Of a DNA stretch of 64,000 nucleotides, positions 15,500 through 27,089 are shown in pieces. A program made the translations under genes and the position numbers. The notes beneath the pieces are model-generated. The model did not search any database, had not been told where the DNA came from, and saw only the letters and a program-made list of their open reading frames with translations. Position 1 is the first letter of the stretch. Each line of letters opens with the position of its first letter. The DNA comes from Styela clava (taxonomy: Eukaryota), in the NCBI RefSeq assembly GCF_964204865.1, contig NC_135260.1, forward strand, positions 13,144,001 through 13,208,000, in the 5' to 3' direction.

Positions 15500-16015
15500 T
15501 CCGCAGTTTCTGTTTTGGGATCCCCTAACTTTCGATCGATAAGTCTTCGGTCTCCGACCGATATTCTCGTTTATCTGTTAGATACACGCAATATCTCACG
15601 AAAGCGAGAATCTGCTCCAAATTTTGCATGTGCTTTCATCATATCTCGGACCAGAAGCCTATTGATTTTGGATGAATTCTGTCGTATAATTAGCGAGTTA
15701 TCAATTAATTAGTGATGGGACACGCGGTGTCACTATAGAGTCATGAATCGAAACCGCAGTTTCGATCTATAAGTCTTCGGTCTCCGACCGATATTCTCGT
15801 ATTCAGGGTTGTAGAAAAATCATTCTCTTATATGTATATTTATGTGTAACTCATCTCGCCAGTTGTGCTTTTTATATTCATATTTCATGAATTTTATGAG
15901 ATACGATGAATGCACATGCAAAATTTGGAGCAGATTCATCGTTCGTGAGATATCGCGTGCATCCAACAGACAAATACCCATGAACATACTTACCGATCTA
16001 AAGATCGATAAGTAA
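15500..16015. mobile_element. Cluster of Helentron-associated (HINE/DINE-1-like) fragments in direct and inverted orientation
   Basis: ~15570-15647 is the inverted repeat of ~15897-15970 (core GCACATGCAAAATTTGGAGCAGATTC..GTGAGATAT). 15531-15570 is repeated at 15761-15800. Terminal hairpin ACTTACCGATC-TAAA-GATCGATAAGT at ~15988-16013 is preceded by ACAGACA. Confidence 0.6.
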
Positions 16016-16077
16016 TGAGTGCTAGTAAGAAATATCAAGTAGAAGGATACTAATGAAAATGATACTAATACAGTTTC

Positions 16078-16412
16078 GGCGCGGCGGTGTGGCTCAACGG
16101 ACTAAGCGTTAGGAATACGCTCGCCACCGCACCTCTAATTACTCTGCGTGGGTTCGCATCCCATGCAGGGATGGTTATGTGCGAGAAGATTGCTGGACTC
16201 CTCGCCGTCGTTAGGTGGTTCACGTAACCGCTGGTCGGTTACGGCTTCCTCCACCACCAAGTCCATGCTTCCGAAAACAAACAATACAGTAAAACTAATC
16301 CCGTACCCGACTTGGAATGGTAACCGGACGAGAGGCCGTGGTTCGCCATATGGATAAGCCGTCTTATCGGCTTTCCTTTCCCCCGGGATAAATATGTAAA
16401 TCCTATCCTATC
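16078..16412 (+). mobile_element. Full-length tRNA-derived SINE inserted in LINE ORF1
   Basis: A box TGGCTCAACGG, B box GGTTCGCATCC, (ATCCT)n tail, 7-bp TSD CAGTTTC (16071-16077 and 16413-16419). Confidence 0.9.
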
Positions 16413-17083
16413 CAGTTTCTGTGTATAAAATCCTATCTATTAAATCAATCAAAAGAAGCTGTGATGAAGGTGGTGCCGAAAATGGTGTCATGAAATGTAA
16501 AATGCTCCTAAATAGTGATATTCCTCTTGAGATCAAACTACCTAATAGTTGCACTGGAGAAGAATTTGGAGTTACTATATAACGAGGCCGAATAATATCA
16601 GAAAATTTACCAGCTGGTGTTATATATGCCACTCACTCACTCATGAAGCGGAGGCATGCCCTCGACGAAGAAAATGAAGATTCTGTGGAGGGAAAGGAAA
16701 ACCTCACATTGAAAAAGATTGCATTGAAAAAAGCAAACTCAAAGAACACAATTCACAAATCAAGTAATAACAAACGCTGAAGATTCATCAAAAGCACAGG
16801 AAACATCAGCTAGAGATCACACAGCCACTGCAATAATTGAAATAACAAAAGAATTGCAAAACAGACACCAAATACAAATCAAAAACAGAAAAATCCGCAA
16901 AAACTAGTTCTAACACTCCACAAGAAGCACCAAATCAAGAATATCCAAATGCAAAAACAAATGAAAATGAACTTGAATCAAAAAGACACAATGATTTAAA
17001 TTCAGAGGATAATGTTATAGTGAATGAAACCATTGAAGAGATAATTGACTCCTAAATACCCATGCAATATGAAAATACTGTAG

Positions 17084-17350
17084 ACAAGAGAGCTATGCTC
17101 AAATATATGGACACGTAGCGCCACCCAATGGCAATAATTTTGATGACGTCATAGCGAAAAAAAAAGTAATAGCCTTCTGGAGAAAAATTTTATCTTCAAC
17201 CACTGAAAATTTCAAAGCAATTGGTCCAGTATTCGAAGAGAAAAGCGACTTTTTAAAAACGTGTCAAAGAACAACAACAAGGATAACAAGAACAAGAACA
17301 ACAACAACATAATATTGAAACGATCGTTATGTCCACTACGTGTCCAATAA
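17084..17350 (+). mobile_element. HINE / non-autonomous Helentron-like element inserted in LINE ORF1
   Basis: Starts ACAAGAG; subterminal inverted repeats GGACACGTAG/CTACGTGTCC; core AAATTTCAAAGCAATTGGTCCAGTATTCGAAGAGAAA; (AAC)n microsatellite; no TSD. Excision restores the frame ENTVDNVSLLDSEEDILLIGDS. Confidence 0.75.
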
Positions 17351-20300
17351 TGTCAGTCTCTTGGACAGTGAGGAGGACATTTTACTTATAGGAGATTCAC
17401 AAATGGCACATATGGAAAAGAAGATAAAGTACAAATTTTTTTAAAAAGATCATACTCTGGTAGTACTTTTAAACGAATGACCCTAGAAATAGAAATGGAA
17501 CAGAAAATTTGAAAAAATAATCATTTATGCAGGAACGAATGATATAACAAAAACGGACAAGGAAATTAGAGCACACATAAGAGAAATGATTTGTAAAGCA
17601 CAAAAAATTCAGAGAAAGCGTTTATATATGTGGTATAGTACCAATCCGTGGGAGAAGAACTGGACCAGATGGATGCGATCGAATAAATGTAAAATTAGAA
17701 AATGAAGCAATTGAACACGGTGCAATATTCATTCCAAAGCCTGAATGTTTTGAGGAAAAAAAGATAATAGACAGTTACTACTTAAAAGGCATGACGCATC
17801 TTAATGGAACGGTGCAAAAACAATATCAAAAATTATGTAAAATTGGAGGAGTCACAGTTAAAGAGGAAAACCGACGACAGCCCTCCAACAACTAAAAAAA
17901 CACTTGAAAAAAGATCCACGCCAAGTATAGAAAACGGAGTATTATATACCTAAACATTATTGAAAAATTAGATATTTTATTCTAGTTACAACCAGCATTG
18001 ATTGTTTTTCAACATATATGATTGTTTTTCTAGTTTTTTCACAATAGATACACATAATGCATTTCAAACAGAGAGTGAAAATATTGACCTACAATGTTGA
18101 AGGAATTCGTAATTCGGCCAAACGAAAACAAATTTTTAATTATCTCAAAAAAGATGGATCGGCCTCCAGGAAACACATTGTGCATCTCAAAAAGAGGCAA
18201 ATGCATGGACAAAAGAATGGGGAAATAGTGCTATTTGGTCAGTAAATTCAAATGTTTCATTTCAAGGCCTAATTACTTTAATATACAAAAAATATGACAA
18301 GAATGATTTGAAAAATTGGAGACCAATCACATTACTAAATTTCGAATATAAACTAATTGCAAAAGATCTGGTCATAAGAATGAAAAAAGTGCTACCTCAT
18401 ATAGTAAATAGTGATCAAACTGGCTTCATTGAAGAAAGGGTAATTCATGAAAACTTGATAACTATTAGGGACAATATTTTTTGGGCAAACAAACAAAATC
18501 AACCTTTAATAATATTCACTATTGACCAAGAAAAAGCATATGATACTGTTGACCGATCATTGTTAATCAAATGATTAAAAAAAACTAAATTTTGGAAATT
18601 TTTTTATAAAATGGGTTTATACTCTCCTTAATAACACAAGGGCAAAAATTATAACAAATGGGTTCATGTCAAAGGAATTCTATGTAGAGCGTGGAGTAAG
18701 ACAAGGTTGTCCGCTTGCGCCTCTATTATATCTAATATTGGCTGAATTATTAGCATGTAATATCAGATGTAATAGTAGAATTATAGGTTTTAAAAATTGC
18801 ACAGGAACAAGGGAAGTATATAAGGGATTTGCTGTCGATAACATAGTGACAGTAGATAATTTAAGATCAATAGATGCAGTATTGGAATGAATGGAAATTT
18901 TTGAAAAAGCTACAGGATTAAAAATAAACATTTCCAAGTGTAATATCATGTTGTGCGGGTCAGCTAAAAATTGGGATATAGGATCTACATATAAAGGTAT
19001 TCAAATCACACAGGAACTAAATTTTAGGAGCATTTATAGGAAATAGTATCATATCACGAGATAAAAACTAGATAAAAATAACTAAATCTATACAAAATGT
19101 AGTTAATTTGTGGCAGGATGAGAATTTAACTATGATAGGAAAATGTCTAATAGTGAAAGCGTTAATGCTATCCAAAGTGTGGCACATTGCTAACTATGAA
19201 ATAATGCCTGAAACATTTATTAAATAATTAGAATCCATCATTTGGAAATTCATTAGGCACAATAAACCCCAGTTAGTGGGTAGACAAATTGTATCTGGTA
19301 GCTTCACATCTGGTGGTCTAAATATGATGGACCTCAAAAGTCAATTAAAGGCTATTCAACTCAAATGGATATTTAAATTGCTCAAACAAGAGCTATAAGC
19401 CATGGAGTAGAAGGGCTAGTTACAATACCAAATTTCTATTATCAACTAATTTAAGAAAATTCAATTGGAAACAAGTCATCCATCATATGTAAATGAGGTT
19501 AAAAATGAAATATTGTGGTATAATCCCTTGATTCTAGATCAGAATTTTCGATTTTTAAATAAGTGGATTCAAGCCAAAATCATATCATTGGCTGATATTT
19601 TGAATAATACTGTGTATACATTGACAAATAGAATATACTCCATTTCTCAGATTAGAGATAGCTGAAGGCAATTTTATTTAAACAAATGTTCCGATGAAAT
19701 TAACCAAGTTTGGAATAGTTTACCATTAAGCTGAAGGAAATACTAGCGAATAATCATAGTTTAGATGAAAATAGACCAGAAACGGTTCAGAAGATTTAAC
19801 TACAAAAAAAACTAAGTAACTTGATAAAAATTAAAGAAATTGCTACACGCCATGATATTTACATAACTCAAAAATATAATTTGAGGATACCAATTAATTG
19901 GCAAAGCGAAATACCTAACAAGTATAAAATTTTAAGCTGGAAAATTTCACATAATGGTTTACCAACAAGTGATAAGATGAATATTGATTGGTTTTATGAA
20001 GAAAAGGGATTATGTGTATTGTGTGGTGAGCATGAAGAAACATGTATACTTTTATTTAGTGATTGTGAATTTGTAGATGACTTTTGGGAATAGTGTAACG
20101 TAGACATAAACAAGGGTAAAATTATTTCGAACAATTTCCAAAACGATACAGGATTTCTAATTACCCATTGTGGAAAGTCAGCTATATGGAAATATCGAAA
20201 TAGTATAAAATATGATGATGCATACCAGATGCAACACACGTGCAATTTTGAAATGTAAGCATTTGGGGGTCATCAAATTAATGTCGAATTTCTGTATTTA

Positions 20301-20556
20301 CCTTTTCTAATTTTCCATTGTTCAGTTGTGGAAATCGCGATATATTTATCAAGTTTGGAAAATTAACAGTTCTTTCATAGTGTCAATTACTGTATGGATT
20401 GTTTGATATACGGATAGTTGTATTGTTATTTTCTTAATGGCTTCCAACTTGGACCCTCTAATCAAACTACGGTGCGGTACTGGCAGACTGTTATTGTATG
20501 CGTACTAAGTCTTTCATTCATTTAATAGAAGAAAAAAAAGATCGTGATTTTTAGTA

Positions 20557-21150
20557 ATGTAATAATCTGTTATGATGTTTTAAGTTTGATATTGAAGTCG
20601 CCGTACAATAAACAACCAATCCGGAATCCTTGAGTCTTCTGATTCATCTACAACCACAGTAGCAACACCTTTTTAATCTGTGACAATGGTGAGCACGCCA
20701 GGATTTAATCAATACCTTTCTACAGCGACAATGGCGAGCACGCAGCGGATTTGTTGACGGCTATTTCAAAGAACAGAATAGGAAGCGAATTTCAGCATAG
20801 AAGAATCCTGTACCGGAGGCGTCGATTTCAGGAACGGTGTTTCAAGCGGATACATTCTCGAATAGGAGCAACGCAATGTCTGGCTGTCTGGGCAAGTTTG
20901 AACATGATTGCACCCGGGTTTCGTTCAAGTGAACTCGATATAGCGGACGAAAATGTCTAGTGGTGGAAAGACTGTGTGCGTTCCAAGTTGCAGCAGATGA
21001 ACACTGACAGGTATTGCTGTTCACCATGTTATATCCATACTGTATTCATTTGATTTTCTCGACTTTTCCGGTAGATTTCTGAGAAATGACCGATTTATTT
21101 GTGTTTTTGTGCTCACGATGTTAATTTTAATTAAGCTTCAATAAAATAAA
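20557..21150 (+). mobile_element. Truncated non-autonomous LTR element (3' part of LTR, PBS, non-coding internal region)
   Basis: LTR end ...TGTGACA at 20685 followed by PBS TGGTGAGCACGCCAGGAT (second PBS-like copy at 20732). 20563-20652 is an inverted homologue of 21267-21358; 20858-21000 is an inverted homologue of ~25010-25050 and 23937-24012. Confidence 0.7.
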
Positions 21151-21534
21151 TGCAACTTCTTATGCTGTTCTTTGTATCAAACTGCCTGTGTCACGTTAGA
21201 AGATGCTGCTACATACAACTGCGAGTAGTAGTAGTGGTATTTATTGTATTGTATCCTACAGGAGAATGTAGATTAATCAGAAGACTCAAGGATTCCGGAT
21301 GGGTTGTTTATTGTACGGCAACTCCAGTATCAAACTTAAAACAGAATGAACAGATTAAACAAAACGCCACTAGAGAACTGAGAACACATAAAAACACGAC
21401 CGATCGACCGCCAGGTAGCCGCCGGAGAGAATAGATCGAACGACACAGTTTTTCTCTCACGTGTAGTAAGTGTTCGGAGTCCAGATCCGACGAAACTGCA
21501 TTAAACAAGGGTCAAAATAACTGTTTATAAACAT

Positions 21535-23236
21535 GCAATGCAATACATATTTCTTGAAACGAGAAAAATATAATGTGAACAAAAATAGTATCAATCTTTT
21601 ACACTACAAAGGGAAACAAATTAAAGATCCACAAAAAATAGCAAACATAGCCGCTGATTTTTATGAAAACTTATTAACTCTCAAGACAAATTTAAAGACA
21701 GAAGATATAAAAACATAGATCTTTTAACTGTGAACCTTATGCCAAAACTTCAAAAAATGAAAGTGGTCTCACTAATATGGTCCAAGAGAAATCTCGATTT
21801 CCTCGGAAAAATCACTGTTATTAAATCTTTGATGTTGAGCTTATTGGTTTATGTAGTATCCATCTTACCAGTAAGACTGCCCAATAGTTTTATAATGGAA
21901 GTAAATAAGATATGCCATGAATTTTTATGGGGTTCAAAATGGGAGAGGATCAAACGTAATACATTAATTGCATCTGTAAAGGAAGGGGGGGCCAATATGC
22001 TCGATGTGGAATCATTTTTCATTGGTCAAAAATTAAGATGGGTCAAATTTTTAATAAATGACGAAATTGATGTCTCATGGAAGTCCATAGAGCAGTTTTT
22101 CCTAAATTTGTACGGAGGAATGGCTTTATTTGATGGAAATGTATATTCCCTTGGAGTGTTTATCAAGAATATTTTTTCCACATGTTTGAGAGTTACTCTG
22201 TACTATTGGTTTATTTTCAAATCCAAGGTCATTAAATGGAATGCAAGTCATTTACATGAACCTCTGTGGTTCAATAGAAATATATCTTGTCAAGGAAAAC
22301 TTTTATATATGGATAATTGGAATAGTAAAAATATTTGCTTCGTTGAAGATATTTGTGATTCTAAACAGCAAATTGCAATATTTCCGTATATTTTTCATCA
22401 TTATTGTTTTTCTAGTTTTTATGATGACATGCTAGCGTATTTAAAAATTATATCATGTATACCCCAGGAATGGAAAACTAAATTATCAAAAACCTCACAA
22501 ATCAATCCACATCTTAGTCTGATCGAAGATATTAAAAGCATTAAGAAAACCTCTCGATACATATATGATAAGCTTTGTAATGTAAAAATTTTGCCGCCAC
22601 CCGAAAAAATAGAAAAATGGTCAAAAGAATTGTGCAGAAACTTAGATAATTGGTTGACATTGTATGAAAAAGTCTTTTATTGCTCTATTGAATCCAGACT
22701 TCGTTCATTCCATGTCAAATTTGCTTTGCGAGCAGTGCCCACCAATGACCTGCTTTATAGAATAAATAAAACACAAAGTCCAAAATGTACATTTTGTAAT
22801 ATGCAAGTTGAAACTGTGTTACATTTATTTTATCTCTGTGATTTTGTGCAGCAATTTTGGGAAATAGTTAATGTTTGGCTAACCGTTGAGTATGGATTAA
22901 ACCTTAATTTGACACATAGAGAAATGTTATTGGGGGTGGAGCAAAACCAGGGTATAAATTGTGTTTTATTGTGTGCCAGATATTTTATATACAAATGTAA
23001 ACTGCGTAATGAAAGGCCTCAATTTTGCCAATTTTTATATATGATAAAAAATACTATAAACTGTGAAAAGATTATTGCAACTAAAAATGGTAAACTGTCA
23101 ATCCATGAGAAGAAGTGGAAAACTATTATGTGCTCGTTTTTTTGAATTGTTATTGTGTTTATATAAATGTATTATGTGATATTGTGCCTATATAATGTGA
23201 TGTTTTTATTAAAAAAATATATCTAAAAAAAAAAAC
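21535..23236 (+). mobile_element. 5'-truncated, RT-deleted Tx1/L1-clade LINE with intact 471-codon C-terminal ORF2 segment
   Basis: 15-bp TSD ACTGTTTATAAACAT (21520-21534, 23237-23251) and poly(A). ORF 21730-23145 has GKITVIKSL, GGANMLD, PLWFNRNI and CTFC..ETVLHLFYLC. The upstream piece 21533-21718 is the EN-RT linker (YFLKREK...FYENL). Confidence 0.92.
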
Positions 23237-24051
23237 ACTGTTTATAAACATAAAAACATATATTCACACTATATAAACGCGGACGCCATGGTTCGCGACA
23301 GAGCCCCTTCCTTGTTCAGAATGGAACTCAACAAGTTTCATTTTAAAAAAAAATTATCTGCACTAATTGTGAAACAAATATGGAAACCGCTCTAATTAAA
23401 ATTCAAAAGACACCAAATATCAAACTTCCAAAAATTTGTATACCCCATTCCCTTCAAAATAAAGGCATATTTACGAGAAAAGTTTTAACATGTCAGCATG
23501 GGTAAAAAAAATAAAGTTGTCACAAATGAAATGGAACACACAATTTAACATAAAAAATTCAATCATAGTCGCAATCTCTAAGTTGCTTTCTAATGCAGCC
23601 AGCAAAAATATAATTCAAATAGTTTTCTTTTTGTATCCACGCGTTCGTCATTTCAGCAATTGAGGGAAAAGGTCCCTCTCGGATTTCACCCCCCGCAGGG
23701 CTACCGCTCCGATATGCAACGGTTACTGGCTCCAATTAACCACACACACACAATGAGATTCTAACACTTCAGGGATCCAGCACTGAAGTCAATACACGCA
23801 ACCCCATTTCTGAAAACCGGTCATAAAAGTCCAGCCAGCTTCAACCACCGTCTGCGTATCGAGCCACCATCATTACTCGAAAGCTCACTCATAAAAAATG
23901 GTTCAACACCAAGGTGGGACAATTTCATTTCCCAACTCTGCTGCAACTTGGAACACACAGTCTTTTCACAACTAGACATTATTGTCCGCTGTATCGAGCT
24001 CACTTGAAGGAAAATGGTCCATAGTCTACTGCTGGTCAGGATCCACTACAC

Positions 24052-24962
24052 CAGTGGTTCTCAACCTTTTATGGCTCGTGGACCTCTTCCAGCGCCCTAT
24101 TGCACTCGTGGCCCCCCTGTTCGCCATCTCAAAAAACTAAACGTGTTGGATTGTATTATGTTATATATACCGAACTTTTATGGAATGCAAAATCAAACCA
24201 CAGACAGGAAAGTAAAAGCTTTTTAGTATAAAATCAATGAGAGTCTTGTGCTTGGGACTGTCGGACAAGTTTTCTTATATTAGAAACCGTCTTTTATATA
24301 GAATATAGATAGACGAATGTCACTGTCAACACCAAGACGGTTTCTAGATTTTGTTTTGATGGCAACAATATCAGAAGAACCATATTCGCACAGAAAGGTT
24401 GCGGAAAATTGAACTAGCAGTGAAGAAGCTTTCTTGCTAAGTAGTGAGTAAGAATGTGATATGCCACTTCATAGCTGCATTCAAGAGCGTCACGGTGGTT
24501 TCGGAGATGGTATGTATGTAATGATTCATTGCTCATTACATACGAGCATTGAGCAAATTCTCTGTCATCTCGATTTACTCTGGTTAAGCCAAAGCCAACG
24601 TAATTGTCGTTTCATTTTCGTATTTTGGGCATTAGGAATTTACAAATGGGTTTTTGCGTCTATAATATGATAGCGAAGGTTATCTCACAGTCTAGTGAAA
24701 ACTACAGGATAGACGGCCTGCCGGCGAACTCTTTTGATTGGTAGATTCCAAATCACATTATGATCAAACAATTCACACACAAGAAAGTGAATACACCCTG
24801 CGATCTCAAATACCCTCTGCAGGCAATGAAACAGCGATGAACGCTGAACGGGAAATTTTATTTTAAAAGGAAAGTATGCAAACGAAGTCGCTTTATGATC
24901 AATTATCAGTGTCGTGTCGTGGCCCCCTTAGGGGGCCACCGTCCCCCGATTAAGAACCACTA
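24052..24962 (-). mobile_element. hAT-Charlie/Buster deletion derivative with transposase C-terminal relic
   Basis: TIRs CAGTGGTTCTCAACC / GATTAAGAACCACTA; 8-bp TSD CACTACAC. Minus strand ~24310-24455 reads YSLLSKKASSLLVQFSATFLCEYGSSDIVAIKTKSRNRLGVDSDIRL (ZBED5/FAM200-type dimerisation region). Confidence 0.9.
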
Positions 24963-25111
24963 CACTACACATTCACTGCCTCCGCCGGATGAATACGGGT
25001 CAGGTCCATTTCTCACAAACTTGCCCAGACATTGCGCTGCTCCTATCCGACAACATAGGGATTGCCCACTTAAAAGTACACCGTTCATGAAGGACGCCAT
25101 GGTCCGCGACA

Positions 25112-25200
25112 CTTGTCGGGGGAAGTCTAATTTTGGTCAGACAAAACGTTACAGAAATATATTTGTGTTAATGTGCAGCAGGGCTCTTGAATTGCATAGT
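25112..25200. mobile_element. Half of the palindromic MITE family also seen at 47908-48078
   Basis: GTTACAGAAATATATTTGTGTTA(A/G)TGTGCAGCA..CTCTTGAAT is shared with 48027-48071. Confidence 0.75.
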
Positions 25201-25772
25201 TCTTATGCTGTGTTGTTGTAAACTTATGGTTATTGATTTTCTGGGAACCTCTTTTTATGTTCTATTTTATTAATTTGATGATGTTATTGTACCCGGAGTA
25301 AAATTTTATCTTTTATTTAAGATTTATTTGAATCATACATTTCAGATTTAGGGCCTTTCCGATTTTTAGTCGAAAGTGTTGTTGAAAATTCCTCAAAAAA
25401 CCTTATCCATATTATCAAAACAGCGAAAAATAAATACCGTATTCTCAAACCATAAATGTTACACGGCTGCTCAAACTTCGGTATAATATTTAATTTACAA
25501 TTTCCTCAAAGTCCGATTTTTCGCTCGCTTAGAATTAGAAAAAAATGGGCATTCTGATGCCGCTGCTACCATTGCGAATACAATTTATCACACTACTCTT
25601 GGAGTGAAACAATAACTTTCGCATACTGAAGGAGTTATTGTAAGATCGTTCGACAGTCGAGACACAAGATAACCGGTACGTTCATTTCTAAACCTTGGCA
25701 GCGGTAAAACTTCAATTTGTTACGTATAATATGCTCTATCGGGCTTGTCCAGACTCAAAAACTGTATGGGTA

Positions 25773-26347
25773 CCAGAGTTGGATCAATTGTTATTCGTAA
25801 TTAATTACAGTTTTTCATGTAATTGAGGCATTTTCATTCTGCGTAATTGTAAATATAATTGTAATTTGCTAAAATTTTGGCTCAATTACACTTTCAATTA
25901 GACGGCGTCCTTTCATCTGGCCCGCAATAACACGAAAAAGGGCGAAATATTTTTCCAAGGGACGTTTTCCGAGAATCGCCTTCCTTTTTTATTTCGTAAC
26001 ATTAGCCAATCAGCAAGATGCAAAAAAGTTACGTAACAATATGTCTTTTCGCATCCGTTAGGACACTCAGTCGTGATTGTAAACAATTTCGAATGCTGTT
26101 CGTTAGTTTGCATTTTGACGAAAACCCATTAATGTATTGGAAGAATAAATCAGGAGAATTTCCAAGGCTTGCTTTTTTAACCAAGAATTATTTGGGACTA
26201 ACAACAACATCAGCCCCGCCAGAAAGAGTTTTTGCAAATGCGGGTAACTTTTATACGGCGAAAATAAATTTATTGGGGTCAGAAACTTTTCGCAGCCTAA
26301 TTTTCATCAAGTGCAATCCAACAGTTTTTGAGCAAGTGAAATTGTAA
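25773..26347 (+). mobile_element. Ac-type hAT relic: terminus with GTAATT subterminal repeats plus transposase dimerisation domain
   Basis: ORF end DENPLMYWKNKSGEFPRLAFLTKNYLGLTTTSAPPERVFANAG...FIKCN matches the hAT C-terminal dimerisation motif; CAGAGTTGG start followed by GTAATT repeats at 25774-25900. Confidence 0.75.
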
Positions 26348-26369
26348 ATATGAACCAAAATGTTAGTGA

Positions 26370-26560
26370 ACACAATGATCGTTTTGGCCTGAACTTTTGG
26401 TATTTTGTGTTGTTGTTCTTATTCTTTGACATTTCTCTTCGAATACTGGACCAAATGCTCTGAAATTTTCAGTGGTTGAAGATGGATTTTTTTTCTAGAA
26501 GGCTACTATTTTTTTTATTTATCAATTTCGTATGAAATCTGATATTTCGTCCAAGATTTC
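26370..26560 (-). mobile_element. Second copy of the 17084-17350 HINE family, inverted
   Basis: TTTCTCTTCGAATACTGGACCAAATGCTCTGAAATTTTCAGTGGTTGAAGAT...AGAAGGCTACTA is the reverse-complement homologue of ~17165-17243. Confidence 0.8.
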
Positions 26561-26566
26561 GCTGTA

Positions 26567-27080
26567 TTATTTTATCCCTGGGAACACTGGCTGTCTGGTT
26601 GATCTTCGGAGTGGAAGATGTTTTTTATTTTGACCGGGGGATTTTGCAACTGCTGGCTGTAAGTTTGGATTTACGTCTTGCAATTCATTGTGTTTGCTGA
26701 TTTCTTCAGGTATATCATGCGAAGATGCAGGGACGAGATCTGGTGGTTCATCGGGAATAATTGTAGGTTTGTTCTCAAGTGCGGGTTCACAAGTGAGGGG
26801 TTGATGTTCGTGGCCACGCATGTAAAGCTCTATTTCTGATTCTTCGTCGTCGCTTGAATTAGGTTGGACATTTTCCGCTGTATACCAATCATTTGCTACT
26901 TTGTAGCATTCACTTCGTTTAACTTTAAGAATTTTGTCTCAGTTGTGATTCAACAAATTTACGTACCGAGCACCAATCGTTGTCAACAGCGGTTACTAGA
27001 TAACGATCCCTCGAACATGCTTTACGTCCATCTGTTATAAGGTATACCAGATCTCCGATTTGAATAGGCGTCTCTTTAAG
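26567..27080 (-). mobile_element. Gypsy-type pol C-terminal (post-integrase) fragment
   Basis: PIQIGDLVYL...SRDRYLVTAVDNDWCSVRKF..SQLRQNS..VKRSECYKV, then an acidic/proline-rich tail ending PLRRSTRQPVFP, typical of LTR-retrotransposon pol ends; disrupted. Confidence 0.65.
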
Positions 27081-27089
27081 CCGTCTTCC

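Larger units (their letters stand above)
16016..20539 (+). mobile_element. Decayed Tx1/L1-clade LINE: ORF1 with SGNH esterase, ORF2 with APE start, RT and C-terminal Cys motif; internally deleted
   Basis: ORF2 motifs: KILTYNVEGIRNSAKRKQIFNYL (18057-), KNWRPITLLNFEYKLIAK, QTGFI, IDQEKAYDTV, GVRQGCPLAPLLY, GLKINISKC, GGLNMMDL, CVLCGEHEET. ORF1 motifs: LLIGDS, IYAGTND, THLN. Many stops and frameshifts; A-rich 3' end at ~20525-20539. Confidence 0.9.
21189..25111 (-). mobile_element. Non-autonomous LTR element of the same family (3' LTR 21189-23300 interrupted by a LINE; internal region interrupted by a hAT; 5' LTR reduced to ~20 bp)
   Basis: LTR start TGTCGCG(A/G)ACCATGGCGTCC at both 23300 and 25111 (minus); LTR end ...GTGACA at 21189; purine tract AAGGAAGGGG next to the LTR (23304-23313 minus). 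Confidence 0.65.

Noticed and set aside
16078-16170. Functional tRNA gene
   Set aside because: Continues into a SINE body with tail and TSD; no proper cloverleaf or terminator
21730-23145. Host protein-coding gene (471 aa)
   Set aside because: It is the C-terminal part of LINE ORF2, bounded by TSDs and poly(A), and the ORF call starts at GTG
26018-26347. Domesticated ZBED-like gene
   Set aside because: Only the last ~75 aa of a hAT transposase, embedded among TE fragments
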